A stretch of DNA of 64,000 nucleotides from Octopus sinensis (Eukaryota), in the NCBI RefSeq assembly GCF_006345805.1, contig NC_043001.1, forward strand, positions 130,324,001 through 130,388,000, written 5' to 3'. Under the pieces are notes generated by a model. The model did not search any database. It saw only the letters and a list, made by a program, of their open reading frames with translations, and had not been told where the DNA came from. The position numbers and the translations under genes were made by a program. The number at the start of each line of letters is the position of its first letter. Positions within the stretch are counted from its first letter, which is position 1. This document shows, in pieces, positions 38,470-51,676 of the stretch.

Positions 38470-39616
38470 AGAAAGTGTACATCTACACAGCATGTTGTCC
38501 ACAAACAGGTCTTTAACCCTTTTGATACCAACCCGCCTGAAACCGCCTCTGGCTCTGTAGTACAAATGTCTTATTCTCAAAACTTCTGCATTAAAATTTT
38601 CCACCAAACCTTAGTCACAGTTTATGTTCCTAACACTAGCTTAATGGTAACTATGTTATTTTATTAAATTCTTTGTTATATCTAAAATTAATTAAAAGAT
38701 ATACAGAGCATCTCAAAATAAATATGGTAACGAAAGGGTTAATCCTTCTGTCCATCATAGACTGATGGATGCCAATGCCAACAGTTTGGAAAAATGCTTC
38801 ACCAATGCTGAGTTGGTGAGCTTTCTTTGCACATGGCTTTACCGACTGACTACAGGCACTGCTACCAGAAGATTGATTGTATTTCCCACAGGAAGAGCCT
38901 TGATCCTCTCCTCAAACATGATGGCATGCACTGGGTGTTTCCTCTCGACATGCAATTTCAAGTTGTAGAGGCTCGCTGTTTGTCCTTTGATACTGGTCTC
39001 CTTGGACTGACACATGACACACCAGAAGTACAGAATTTTGCCATTCCTCCTAGCCATTGATATAAGGATAAAATAGTCCTCAAGGTGAGGCCACAGGTTC
39101 TGAGACTTTTGGCACTCAACCTGAGCGACCTCTGCCTCACCCACAGCCATCGCAGACTCTTCAACAGACCCTTCATCCTCAGGCCAAGCAAAAATGTCTT
39201 CACCTTCCATAACAATAAGTGATAACTTGATAAGCCGATAATGTACGCTGCTGTTGCTGACACTGTGAGACTATGTAATGTGATGTCGTAAGTGAGCAGA
39301 ATTCAAGACTGCAGAATTACACAATGCTGCTCAGCTAGCTGTTGCTGCATTAACCAATCACAGCTTGCCACGTGTACACATAGTCAGTCAGTAGCATGCC
39401 TGATGGACTCTTTGAAACATGCCCACAACAGACAGGAACAAATTTATAAATTTTGTTAGTGGGCTTAAAGTTAGTGGAACTAAATTTAGAGGCAGCTAAT
39501 TAGACTGCTAACAGTCTCTAAAGTGAGCAAAAGCACTAATCCACTAAACAAAAAGAAAAGTTTGATTTGCTAATTAGCTGTTAGCAGATTAGTGGAACTG
39601 TGCCCCCCACCCACTG
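38470..39616 (-). mobile_element. hAT-like transposon 5' part with a BED zinc-finger transposase remnant
   Basis: ORF 38839-39210: WPHLEDYF..CVMCQ..IKGQTASLYNLKLHVERKHP. Continues as MMDRRI|KDLFVDNML across the MITE insertion. CAG-initiated terminus at 39616. Confidence 0.75.
38517..38738. mobile_element. piggyBac-type MITE (222 bp) with TTAA TSD
   Basis: TTAA(38513-16)|CCCTTT...AAAGGG|TTAA(38739-42); removing it restores the hAT reading frame. Confidence 0.9.
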
Positions 39617-39680
<64 letters not shown>

Positions 39681-39747
39681 CACACACACACATGGAAATG
39701 TTGAACATTGAGAATAAGTGCTCAACACTGCACTGGTGGATAAAGAT

Positions 39748-39973
39748 ACTTTATTTGTGTGTTAAGGCTACCATTGGTTTCATGTTAAGAATATATTCTA
39801 CTAACAATTTTTTTAACTGATCATATGGATGAGTGGTGTTTGTCTCCATTTTGGAACAAAACACCAAAATTGAGACAAACACCATTCTTCCATGTGATTG
39901 GCTTGAAAATTTGTTAAGATATTAAGATGTTTACATAACATGAAAACAACAGTACCCTTAATTCACAAGTAAA

Positions 39974-39975
<2 letters not shown>
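39748..39975. mobile_element. Fully palindromic MITE-like element
   Basis: Left half actttatttgtgtgttaagg..tggtgtttgtctccattttgg is an imperfect reverse complement of the right half; TA-repeat flanks. Confidence 0.8.
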
Positions 39976-40024
<49 letters not shown>

Positions 40025-40760
40025 ATATTATGACAGAAGTTGCTTAATCTTTTAGTTTTAGATACAGCAAAAATTTGAAAGTGTTGAAAAAGAACAATCA
40101 TAGAGGAATATAACCGTTATTCTGAAGTGGGGAGAAGAATGAGATTGGGATAATAAAGAAGTAATTAGATAAATGTAATCCATTTTAGAGTGGTGGGCAT
40201 TCTTGGTAATTAATTAAAACAAATCAGTGAAGTAGGCCACTGTAAATATGACATAAGGTATGTGTGATGTCAACAAAGATTGCCCTGAAAGTCTTTGAGT
40301 CTTTGATATTTTAAATGAAATCTTAATGGGGAGTTGGATGAGGTTACTTATTGGTAAATGTGCTTAATAATTCTGAAATGATTTATACCAAGAATGTTTT
40401 GTAATTTTCATATTTTCAAAGTGTGTATGGTGATGACATTGACAAAGCTTGTACTCCAGTATGGTCTTGAACATTATCATTAAAACATGCTAAAGATTTG
40501 AAAAGCATGTTGAAGAGTTTGACATGATTATATAGAGGAAAATACAATAGTTTAAAGAAATTACGTTGTGGGAGAAACAGTAAAATCCTAAGCCAATCAT
40601 AAGTACAAAATTTTCATGAAATGGAATAAATAATCACATCTGAATAATTTCTCAATTTGGTAAAATTCTAGTAAACAATTTCCAACTTGGTGAACCAAAA
40701 CTTTACGAAATATAATTAGAAAGTTTAAAATGAAAGGAAATCCATTTTCACCAAACTTAC

Positions 40761-40796
40761 CTGGATAAATCCATACTTGGGAAAAAAACAGGAAAT
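40761..40796 (-). CDS. Candidate internal exon (36 bp, phase 0-0): ISCFFPKYGFIQ
   Basis: Donor cag|GTAAGT; acceptor atattacAG. An in-frame alternative acceptor tttttttcccaAG would give YGFIQ. Phase-compatible with the 41912 exon. Confidence 0.55.
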
Positions 40797-41911
40797 CTGT
40801 AATATCCATTTTTTGATTTTGATTTCATCAAGATATATTGGACATGATGAATGTTTTTACAAGTTTCAAAGAAAATCATGCAAATATGAATACATGAAAT
40901 AACACATTGTTTCATTTAATTAAATATTCTCAGTTCATTAATTTTAAAATGTTATCAACAAAAAAATACGAGAAGAGAAATGCTTTCTTATAATAATATA
41001 GTAATCTATAAAACTGGTAGCAGTATAATTTATGAATTTATAAATTTTTCAAACCCAGAAGAAGCTGAAAATTCATGCATGACAACAATAAAATCAGTAA
41101 CAGATAGAATATATAGCTAGTGAAAAGAGGTTATCTGAAAAACAATAATCATTTAAAAGACAGTTTTCTCATAATATATATAGCCTTGTTTAAGTAGAGG
41201 CTGTTCTTCTTAATCCAGTCATTCTTGGTTTACAAACTAGAAAACTGCATTCTAAACTGCAGTATGACACTGAAAAAGATACATTTACAAAGCTACTTAT
41301 TCAAATTCACCTGCATGGCAATATAGTCATAAAAGAATTTAATATATAACAACGTTATTTGGCAAAAATACTATAAAAAATTTTATGTTTGAATTTGTAT
41401 TACAAGAATCTTGATGTAAAACTTTGTACTGCACTGATAGTGTTGTGTTTGGGAACATGTATACTACCAATAAACACAAGCAATGAGAGTAGTTCACTTC
41501 AGTTTAGTATTATTGTTGACTAATTTGTCATAAAATATTCATCACATGTTACACATCAGTGATCTTTCTAACGATTTCAAGTTGGAAAATTTGAAACTAT
41601 TGAGAAGGTTACAGAAGTGTTATGCAAAACTGAAGACAAGCAGTGAATTACAATCAGTGTGTTTGTGTGTTCATTGGCAGCATATTTCTACCAAATTACA
41701 ATGTTCTAGGAAAGACTTAAGCAAATTCACTTTATGAAAATTAATTGGTGACAGAGAGTAGTGAGTGAGAGTATTTTACTATTGTTATGTAAGAATTTTA
41801 GTATATTGACATCCAATGTATGACAATCTTTCCTAAACATACACACACATAGATGCACATACATGCACAGATGGTTTTTTTTTCATCATAATAACTATTA
41901 AAGGGACTTAC

Positions 41912-42022
41912 TTGAAGTGGAATGCAGTCAGGTCCTGTGATGATTTCAACAGTGTTTGTCATAGCAGAGAAGGTAGCACTGCTCACTTGGTTCATCAGAT
42001 CATCAATCAGTTTGAAACAGAC
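41912..42022 (-). CDS. Candidate internal exon (111 bp, phase 0-0): VCFKLIDDLMNQVSSATFSAMTNTVEIITGPDCIPLQ
   Basis: Poly-T acceptor ending tttactAG, donor caa|GTAAGT; open, complex, non-repetitive peptide. Protein not recognised. Confidence 0.7.
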
Positions 42023-42231
42023 CTAGTAAAAAAAAAAGATATAATGAATTTATTACACATCCATATACACAAGGAAAGTGGGGGCCGGAATCTATAAAAA
42101 TTACATGTTATGTACACATTTATAAATGCATAAAGTATTATATGTGTATAGAGATGTATTTATAAAGACATCCAGATAAACATGGAGTAAAGCAAATTAT
42201 ATTCACATCAATAAAAACATACTTTTGTGTG

Positions 42232-42300
<69 letters not shown>

Positions 42301-43180
42301 TTGTCTGTTTGTTTGTCTATCTACACACACATACATGCATACATACATACACACAGAAACACACACTTATACATACATATTTTTATATAGTAAAGTGTGC
42401 TGTAACATAAGTAATGAGGTCAAGCAAGGAATTTTCAGTAACTGAAAGTACACCAATAGTAATGCCAAAAAATTGCTATCTTAAAATCGAATTCCATTCA
42501 AGAAAGGCTAGAGATGATAACTCCAGAATTTATATTAAAATATAACAAAAAACTCGAAAGCAGGAGAGAAGTGAGTTTAATCTTTGGCAGTGTGGTGACA
42601 ACTTCAGGTGTTTTTCTGCCTTATTAGAACTCATCTGCAAAACAGTAAGCCTGGTTCTTCTACAAGATATTGACAGCAGCAATAAAATAGTATTGTAAAG
42701 CAAGTTACAGGAACTGTCTCAGAGCAATGAACTAAATCTGTGCTGTTGGCATAGCTCGCAGAATATTTGCCAAAAATTTGTGGTATTATTTTCCCATTTT
42801 TTTACAGAGTCCATAAGACAAATTTTCCACACTGAATATAATAAACAAGTGTTAAGGATGTTCTAGTGCAGCTGAAATGTCACTGCCAATTCAGGTCTCT
42901 CAACCAGTACCATCTCCACTGCACCAGGAATTAGATGTTCTGGCTGTAATAAATTTTGTTTTTATTGAAATTTGACTACTAATTTCTGTTATTTCTACTA
43001 GTCAATCCTACCAAGCTACTCAACTACTAAACTTCATTTAACTGTTTATTTAGGGTACATTTAAGAATATGATGGCTTGTGGAGTATTGAATGAATTGAG
43101 AAAATAAAAATTCACACATAGAAATATTAACATTTCTAAGTCTCTCTAAAGGCGACTATGGCAGCAGAACTGGATATCAA

Positions 43181-43370
43181 TAGTTATCACCAAGCTAATA
43201 TGGCAGTCCAGAAATATAGGACGAATACTGCCTTTAGATCCAAGAGACGACTGCTTCTAGCTACGTATGTGACGTTACATAGCGAGCTAGAGGCAATGAC
43301 CTCTTGGAGCTAATCAACAGCAGCATTCGTCCTATATTTATGGACTGTCATATTAGCTTGGCGATAACTA
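43181..43370. mobile_element. 190-bp palindromic MITE with TA ends (Tc1/mariner type)
   Basis: Outer arms of about 51 bp with 4 mismatches; further inner pairing ccaagag/ctcttgg and ctagct/agctag. Confidence 0.85.
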
Positions 43371-43484
43371 CTAATAAAAATTTACACATTATTCTGGAAC
43401 TATGTATTTGACAATACAAGCAAAGCTGATAGAGATTATAAATCTTTGCCCTATGAAAAAAGAAAATCAGTTTTTAATTTTTAT

Positions 43485-43737
43485 TTGTCATGGCACGTAA
43501 AAAACACCATCCGTCCGTGGCCGTTCGCCAGCTCCGTCTGGCACCTGTGCAGGTGGCACGTAAAAAGCACCCACTACACTCACGGAGTGGTTGGCGTTAG
43601 GAAGGGCATCCAGCTGTAGAAACTCTGCCAGATCTGACTGGAGTCTGGTGCAGCCTTCTGGCTTCCCAGACCCCACTTGAACCGTCCAACCCATGCTAGC
43701 ATGGAAACCGGACGTTAAACGATGATGATGATGATGA
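43485..43737 (+). mobile_element. Family D element (RTE-type tail)
   Basis: Same tail as 34323-34500, ending in (GAT)n. Confidence 0.85.
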
Positions 43738-44253
43738 TCTTAAGAAGAGACAGTGAGAATTACTTTCAGAGGTTATCTGGGAGCAATCAGCTTGATTTTG
43801 TTAGTCCATTTGACCTGATGCAGGTCAATATCAATAGGAAAAACACGAGCAAGAAAAAGATGCCAAAGAGCCACTGTATCATATATATATATGTATATAT
43901 AGATGGTTATATATATAAATATAACTATTTGGGATGATATCTAAAGGCTCTAAAGTGATGCCACATGTTTTCCTTGTCTATTTTCTGGTTCTCATATATA
44001 TATATACACATTCATACATAGATCTGAGTGTGTGTGTTTGTGCATGTGTGCACGCATGTGTGTCTTTGTTGTGTGATATGCATAATGTTACTGGTGCATT
44101 AAAACCACTCATTGTTTCCTAAGTAGAATATTTCAAATGTCAATTGTCAAGAGTATAGCAAGATTTCATGTTCACTGAACACTGAACATACTAATCACCT
44201 AATTTATTCAAAACAATGCCATGACTTTACTACTTCTGACATCCATCCGTCTA

Positions 44254-44358
<105 letters not shown>

Positions 44359-44506
44359 ATCTATATATATATGTGTGTGTGTATGTGAGTATGTATATTA
44401 CATATAAGCATATATATTTGCATGTAGATATACAAATGTAGACAGATAGATAGATAGATTTATCATATGTATATATGATATATATAATTATATGCATAGA
44501 TTTATC

Positions 44507-44537
<31 letters not shown>

Positions 44538-44744
44538 TTTATATATATACATATACACACACATATATAATGCATATAATGCATGTTTATACATATATAT
44601 ATTTGCTCATGCATTTGTGCATGTATATATATTGTTGGATAGATAGATACATGGACAGATTTATAATATATATATATATTATATATATATATATATATAA
44701 TGTATATAATACATATATCTGTTCATATGTTTGTGGAAATATAT

Positions 44745-45056
44745 ATCACATTGATCACCGTGACCGACCAGGCTATCAGATGTTGCTACACATCGCTGGT
44801 CACAATGTGCTTTGCATTGTTTTAGCCTTCAAATGACGCCACCCCACTGGCTAAGCGAGCAGGCCAACAGAAGAAAGAGTGATAGAAAGTTGTGGCAAAA
44901 GAGTACAGCAGGGATCGCCACCACCTCCTGCCGGAGCCTCATGGTGCTTTAGGTGTTTTCACTGAATAAACACTCACAACGCCCAGACTGGGAATCGAAA
45001 CCGTGATACTACAACCTTGAGTTCGCTGCCCTAACCACTGGGCCACTGCAACTCCA
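44745..45056 (-). mobile_element. SINE family C
   Basis: Homologous to 6907-7217. Confidence 0.9.
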
Positions 45057-45113
45057 CGGAAATATATATATATATATATAATCAAAATAAGCAACAAGAA
45101 TGACTCTGGTAAT

Positions 45114-45199
45114 TTGGTATGATCGTTTCGTACTATATCATTTTATTAAATGTTGTAAGTATTACAACAGTTTTAAAATGCTGAGCACTCATCAGCCAA
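45114..45199 (-). ncRNA. Hammerhead ribozyme, inverted partner copy with a stem III mismatch
   Basis: Minus strand: ttgg-CTGATGA-gtgct..agtac-GAAAC-gatc-AT-A-ccaa; a G->A change breaks the C-G pair of stem III. Confidence 0.7.
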
Positions 45200-45307
45200 T
45201 TATAGAGGTTTTCCATTAATACAAAAATTTTCATATCAAGTGGCAACATTATATAGAAGGTAGGTATATACCTACCTTCTCTTTGTATTAATGGAAAACC
45301 TCTATAA

Positions 45308-45393
45308 TTGGCTGATGAGTACTCAGCATTTTAAAACTGTTGTAATACTTACAACATTTAATGAAATGATGTAGTATGAAACGATCGTACCAA
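45308..45393 (+). ncRNA. Minimal type I hammerhead ribozyme (intact consensus)
   Basis: Stem I ttgg/ccaa; CTGATGA 45312-18; stem II gtact/agtat; GAAA 45378-81; stem III AC-gatc-GT (palindrome acgatcgt); triplet GTA, cut after 45389. Confidence 0.88.
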
Positions 45394-45514
45394 ATTACCG
45401 GAGTCATTCTTATTTTGATTATAATCACCCCAAGGATTTTTATGGATAACACCATACAGAATTCTGGTGCATCTAAATTAAGTACCATATTCATTTGAAT
45501 CTAAATTTTTGCTG

Positions 45515-45557
<43 letters not shown>

Positions 45558-45910
45558 ACGTAAATTGAGGCACCTTCCTAGGTCGGTATATTATAGTAGA
45601 CTTGACAAGGTATGCATTATTTTCAAACTCATTCTGCTATGGATATGACAAAAGAGACAATGTAAATATCTTGAGTTCCATTATTGATGTGAGTATATTA
45701 GGGAAATGGTTGTATCATCTATGGTTGAAGTCTATGCAGTCATCTGATGAGAATGGCTCCTTTCAAATGATGTAATGTTTTCATTAATCAGTTGAAGGAG
45801 TCGCTTGAAACTTGACATAATGAATTGACATCTGTACATCTTTGTTACTCATTTATATATATATATATATACATACACATATATATATATATACATATAT
45901 ATAATATATA

Positions 45911-45948
<38 letters not shown>

Positions 45949-45957
45949 TATATATAT

Positions 45958-45993
<36 letters not shown>

Positions 45994-46439
45994 AAGAGAG
46001 AGGCAGGCAGGCAGGCAGACAGACAGACAGACAGACAGATAGATAGATAGATGAACAATTTTAAACACTTGGAATTTCATTTAATGAACTTGACAAGTTA
46101 CAAGGGAAGAATTTTTGCTGGAAGATGAAATTAGTTATAATGTGATTGCCAAAAACAAATTGTAACTTCACTCTTCTTTGCTCATGCTCTAAAAATATGT
46201 AAATCTTATCTGGCAGAGCTCTAAGGAATGATTCTTGCAAATGTTATCTTTACCAATTTCCATAATTATATATTTCAACAAATATTTATCTTAGCTCAGA
46301 GTTTTCCAAGGAGTTTCTCACAGAGGAGACCAAATCAAGTTAAGAACCATGTTTGAAATGAACCACAAAGAAAGGCCTTGTGCTTTTACACACAGGTCGC
46401 TTTGGACATTCTCTGAAATATAATACTACATTTATGTAG

Positions 46440-46823
46440 TGGCGGTGCAATGGCCCAGTGGTTAGGGCAGTGGACTCGCGGTCATAGGATCGCGGTTTCG
46501 ATTCCCAGACCGGGCGTTGTGAGTGTTTATTGAGCGAAAACACCTAAAGCTCCACGATGCTCCGGCAGGGGATGGTGGTGATCCCTGCTATACTCTTTCA
46601 CCACAACTTTCTCTCACTCTTACTTCCTGTTTCTGTTGTACCTGTATTTCAAAGGGCCGGCCTTGTCACTCTCTGTGTCATGCTGAATATCCCCGAGAAA
46701 TACGTTAAGGGTACACGTGTCTGTGGAGTGCTCAGCCACTTACACGTTAATTTCACGAGCAGCCTGTTCCGTTGATTCGGATCAACTGGAACCCTCGTCG
46801 TCGTAACTGACGGAGTGCTTCCC
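46440..46823 (+). mobile_element. SINE with a family C head and a different 3' tail
   Basis: Head and body match family C up to about ctcactctt..ttctgttg; then an unrelated tail ending ggaaccctcgtcgtcgtaactgacggagtgc. Confidence 0.85.
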
Positions 46824-46879
46824 AATACTAAATTTGTATTCACCAGTATGTGTGTGTGTGAGTGTGTAATTATGTGTGC

Positions 46880-47535
46880 GAAGGCTGGCAGAACCAGTGG
46901 AAACGCTATGTGACAAGGTGGAGATGGTGAGATGGTTTGGATATTTGGGAGATAGGGTGGACATAAGTGGTGGATATGAAGTAGCTGTGACAGCAAGAGT
47001 GAGACTTGGTTCGGTGAAGTTCAGGGAATGTGGTGCATTATTATATGGTAAAAGGTAGTTGAAGATGAAAGGAAGGGCTTATCGGAGTTGCGTGAGATCT
47101 GCAATGCTGTATGGGAGTGAGACATGGTGTCTGAGGGGAAGCAAAATGGCAATTTTGAGAAAGACTGAGAGAGCAATGGTGAGGGCAATGTGTGGTGTGA
47201 AACTATTGGATAAAAGGAGGGCTGAGGACTTGATAAGGATGCTGGGGTTGGAGGAATCTGTGGAACAGCTGGCAAAGGTGAATGGAGTGTGGTGGTATGG
47301 ACATGTGTTGAGGAGGATGAGGATCATGTTCTGAGGAGACTGCTTGAGTTTAGAATGAATGAACCATGAAAGCGAGGTCGATCAAAGAAAATGTGGAGGG
47401 GACAGGTGGAGGAGGAGGAGATTGGGAGAGTTGGCTTGAGGTGGGAGGACGCCCAAAACCAGGTGAGATGGCAAAGTGGTATGAGAGTGGTTGCTGCAAG
47501 GGTGAGGTAGATCCGGCCACCTCTGTTAACGGGGA
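46880..47535 (+). mobile_element. RTE-clade LINE fragment (RT C-terminal region and 3' end)
   Basis: VRWFGYLGDRVDISGGYEVAVTARVR..KFRE..MKGRAYRSCVRSAMLYGSETW..ERAMVRAMCGVKL..WYGHVLRR; one in-frame stop. Confidence 0.92.
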
Positions 47536-47849
47536 CATTGATCAATATACATATCGGAAAAGTGGGTACATATATTGTACACCTTTACTCCAAATATTGA
47601 GTTCTATGCAAAGTATTGTATGCTGAATTTATAACACACATGTATACATTTCCCAAATATCTTCAGTATCTATCTCTCCCCTGCCATATGTGCATGTGCA
47701 TGGGTGTGTGTGTGAGTGTGTGTGTGTGTGCGTGTGTGTGAGTGTGTGTGTGTGTATACATCTATGTGTTTTAGACAGATATAATTTACATACACATAGA
47801 ATAGATATGTGTAAGCACATATTTAAAACAAAACTGTGTACAAAATATA

Positions 47850-47892
<43 letters not shown>

Positions 47893-47894
47893 CT

Positions 47895-48100
47895 AGTTAA
47901 TCCAAACAAGAAAACACAAAAAAAACACAACAACGCGAGGACGTGGAACAAATAAAGTATTATTGGACGCTCAGGAAAGAAGGAAAGAAGGAGGGTTTAA
48001 CGTTTCGAGCGGAGCTCTTCGTCGGAAATATAGAAGAAGGAAAGATCCCGAGAAGGGAACACAGAGGAAAAAAATCACCAGTGGTACACACGAGGTCACA
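47895..48100 (-). mobile_element. Repeat family G, second copy, with the hammerhead-like motif at 47995-48029
   Basis: Same cgtttcgagcggagctcttcgtcggaaa core as the 7349 copy; ends at (TA)n. Confidence 0.75.
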
Positions 48101-48535
48101 TATATAGGATCATTTGTTGAAAACATAAATCCAGAGAGGAAGCACACTCTAAGATGTATAGCAGTATATATTAAAAGTGGGAAGGCCAGTTTATGGGATT
48201 ACCCAGGGTTTCCTGTCCGAAAGAAAAGGGCACACATACATATATTCATGTATATTCATATACACTTCTGTATCTACACATGCATACACATACACACATG
48301 CATGCACACACACACACACACATACACACACACTAATATATATATATATACAAATGTATGCGTTTGTATGTCTCTATGTATATATATTTGAATATATACA
48401 TGAGTAGATATGTATATGCGAGTGTATGTATGTATGCAAACACTCTATGCATTTAAGTATATATATTTATATACACAAACAGATGTGTATACACACAGGC
48501 ACGTGCACCGATACACAAACACACAGAGATATGTT

Positions 48536-48580
<45 letters not shown>

Positions 48581-49073
48581 CATCTAAGTTTACATATAAA
48601 TATACTTACTTATATGGATAGAATGTGTTAGAATACATAGATACCTACTCATACACTCACATGCACCACACACACATCAACAGACACACGGACACACACA
48701 CACACACAGACACACACACACACATATATATATAGATTCTTACAATACATGTACTTATATATTATATGAATAAAAGATGTATGTATGCGCCCTTGTTGGA
48801 TTTTCTATATTTAACTGCAAATCAATACCAATGACAGAGAAATAGAGAAGGTTCTCCTTTCCTATGTTCTGATAAATGTTTATATTTATCTACTTTTATT
48901 ACAAGAGTTAGCATGAAACAACAAAAACAATCACGTTTCCCCTTCATCAATCACAGCGAGCAGTTTACTTACACCACTTTTACAAGAAATACACACACAC
49001 ATAAGCATGTATGCACAAAGACATGTATGGATATATGTGTGTGTGTGTGTGTATATATATTATATATATATAC

Positions 49074-49119
<46 letters not shown>

Positions 49120-49325
49120 AATATATACATATATCTATATATGTATATATCGTGATATATATATACATAATTATATATATACGTATATATATACATATAT
49201 GATACTATATATATTATATATATATATGTATATATAATTATATATAATATATATATATTATATATATATATATACTATATATATATAGCTATACCATATA
49301 TACATATCTATATACTACGTATATA

Positions 49326-49360
<35 letters not shown>

Positions 49361-49875
49361 AAACGATGGTGATGATGATATATATGTATATGTATACATA
49401 TACATAATATACATTATATATGTATCTGGGTGTGTATATATGAAATACGTTTGTGTGTGTGTGTGTATATATGTATATATATATATATTATATATATATA
49501 ATATATGTGCGTATCATCATCATCGTTTAGCATCTGCCTTACATGCTAGCATGGACATATATGTCTGTATGTGCGTGAGTGTGTGTGTGTGTGCTCATGT
49601 GTATATATATGCTCACACCCACATACATAAAATGTATATATAAATATACATACGTACATAAATTTAGTTTATATATGGCATGTGTGTGTGTCAAGATCAT
49701 GATAAAATGGTCATTAAAATAGTGACAATATTGATGATGATAATGATTGGTGTATACATATGTACATACATATGTGTGTATATATATATATTATAATATA
49801 TATATATATGTATGTATATATATATTTATATATATGTAAGTATATATATATTTATATATATGTAAGTATATTTAT

Positions 49876-49912
<37 letters not shown>

Positions 49913-50328
49913 TTAAATACAGAAACACACAATACATTAATATATACATCCAACCCCCACACAAGCACCTTTGTGGTCGGACAACACACCACAGCCTAAC
50001 CTGCACACCAACTAGCCATGCCAACCAACCATGCCATCTGAGATGTGTGGGCATATGTATATATATAGATATATATGTATATAAAATTTATCTGTTTATT
50101 GATATTTATATACATACATATATTTACAGATATATATATATATAGAGAAAGAGATACACACAAGTACACACATATTATATATATATATGAGCATGCATAC
50201 TTAGTTTTGCACATGTACACTTTTACATATACATACATATATGAGTAAGTATATATATAGATGTGTGTGTATATATATATGTTTATATATATTTGAATAT
50301 ATTTATATATAATATATATCTGTATATA

Positions 50329-50359
<31 letters not shown>

Positions 50360-50380
50360 CTTTAAATATATATATATATC

Positions 50381-50459
<79 letters not shown>

Positions 50460-50896
50460 TATGGATGCATATTCATTTATATATGTGGTCACAAAATAAC
50501 ACATTTATACATATGCATATATCTTTATATGAGTGTGTGTGTGTATGTTATACAAACATGCATATATATATGTATATACAGGAAGTGTCTACATCTTATG
50601 AAAGTAGCCATAATTTAGTTGGACACGAACAACCAGTTTTCAGTTCGTGATGTCCATTGAAGCAACTGTCCGAGGTATGCTTAGTCACGGATAGATGTGA
50701 GAGAAAGGGAAGTACATTATAGAGGTCAGAGCATGGTGCTACGAGTATATATGTGTGTGTGTGTGTGTGGGTGGGTGGGTGTTGGTATATATGTGTGAGT
50801 GAGAGCATGAGTGGGAAGGGAGATAGATAGATAGATAGATAGATAGATTGATAGATAGATATGATAGGATAGAGATAGATTGACAGACAGACAGAC

Positions 50897-50940
<44 letters not shown>

Positions 50941-51038
50941 GGATGGATGGATAGATAGAGGGATAGATAGGATAGGATAGAGATAGACAGACAGATAGAT
51001 AGATAGATAGATATGATAGGATAGAGATAAACAGACAG

Positions 51039-51070
<32 letters not shown>

Positions 51071-51096
51071 GATAGGATAGAGATAGACAGACAGAC

Positions 51097-51141
<45 letters not shown>

Positions 51142-51198
51142 ATATAGAGAGAGAGAGAGAGAGAGAAGCGGAGAGATAGATAGATAGATGATAGATAG

Positions 51199-51230
<32 letters not shown>

Positions 51231-51640
51231 AGGAGAGAGAGAGAGAAATGGAAAATTGAGAGTGATAATGAAAAACAGGTAGAACTGTGCTAGGGTAAAT
51301 GTCAGCTGAGTGAAAGAGGGAAATGTTGAGAAGGTGATTGGGTAGAGAGATGGGTTATGGATTGAGGATAGGGTAAGAGAAGAGGAAAGAGAGAGAGAGG
51401 GAGAAGAGGGGGAGAGAGAGGGATAGGGGTGATGGTGGGATGTAGGTAAATAAATATATACATAGGTAAGGCATGGAGGGAAACATTCATAAGGCATGAC
51501 TGTGTATGTGTGTGCATGTTTGTTTTTGCTTAAGTATGTATGCATATGCTTGGCTATGAAGATGTGTATGTACAGTGACTGAGTTTATATTTACATATAC
51601 ATATATACACACAACCACATACACATGCATATATGCAATA

Positions 51641-51676
<36 letters not shown>

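Larger units (their letters stand above)
45081..45518 (-). mobile_element. Hammerhead-bearing element with an internal inverted duplication, flanked by (TA)n
   Basis: Arms 45081-45224 and 45282-45420 (6 substitutions plus a 7-nt indel); 5' motif shared with the 12638 element lies at 45458-45518. Confidence 0.8.

Noticed and set aside
42591-42644. Plus-strand exon candidate CGDNFRCFSALLELICKT with good splice sites
   Set aside because: Isolated, preceded by a donor only 20 nt upstream, and in conflict with stronger minus-strand evidence; worth rechecking with RNA-seq.
46322-46412. Minus-strand exon candidate NVQSDLCVKAQGLSLWFISNMVLNLIWSP (phase 1-2)
   Set aside because: Only moderate splice sites, not phase-linked to the 41912 exon, and no recognisable homology.
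46441-46515. tRNA-like sequence with A and B boxes
   Set aside because: SINE head; the acceptor stem does not close and it continues into SINE body.
50739-51545. 268-aa ORF, the longest in the track
   Set aside because: Made of (GATA)n, (TA)n and GA-rich repeats.
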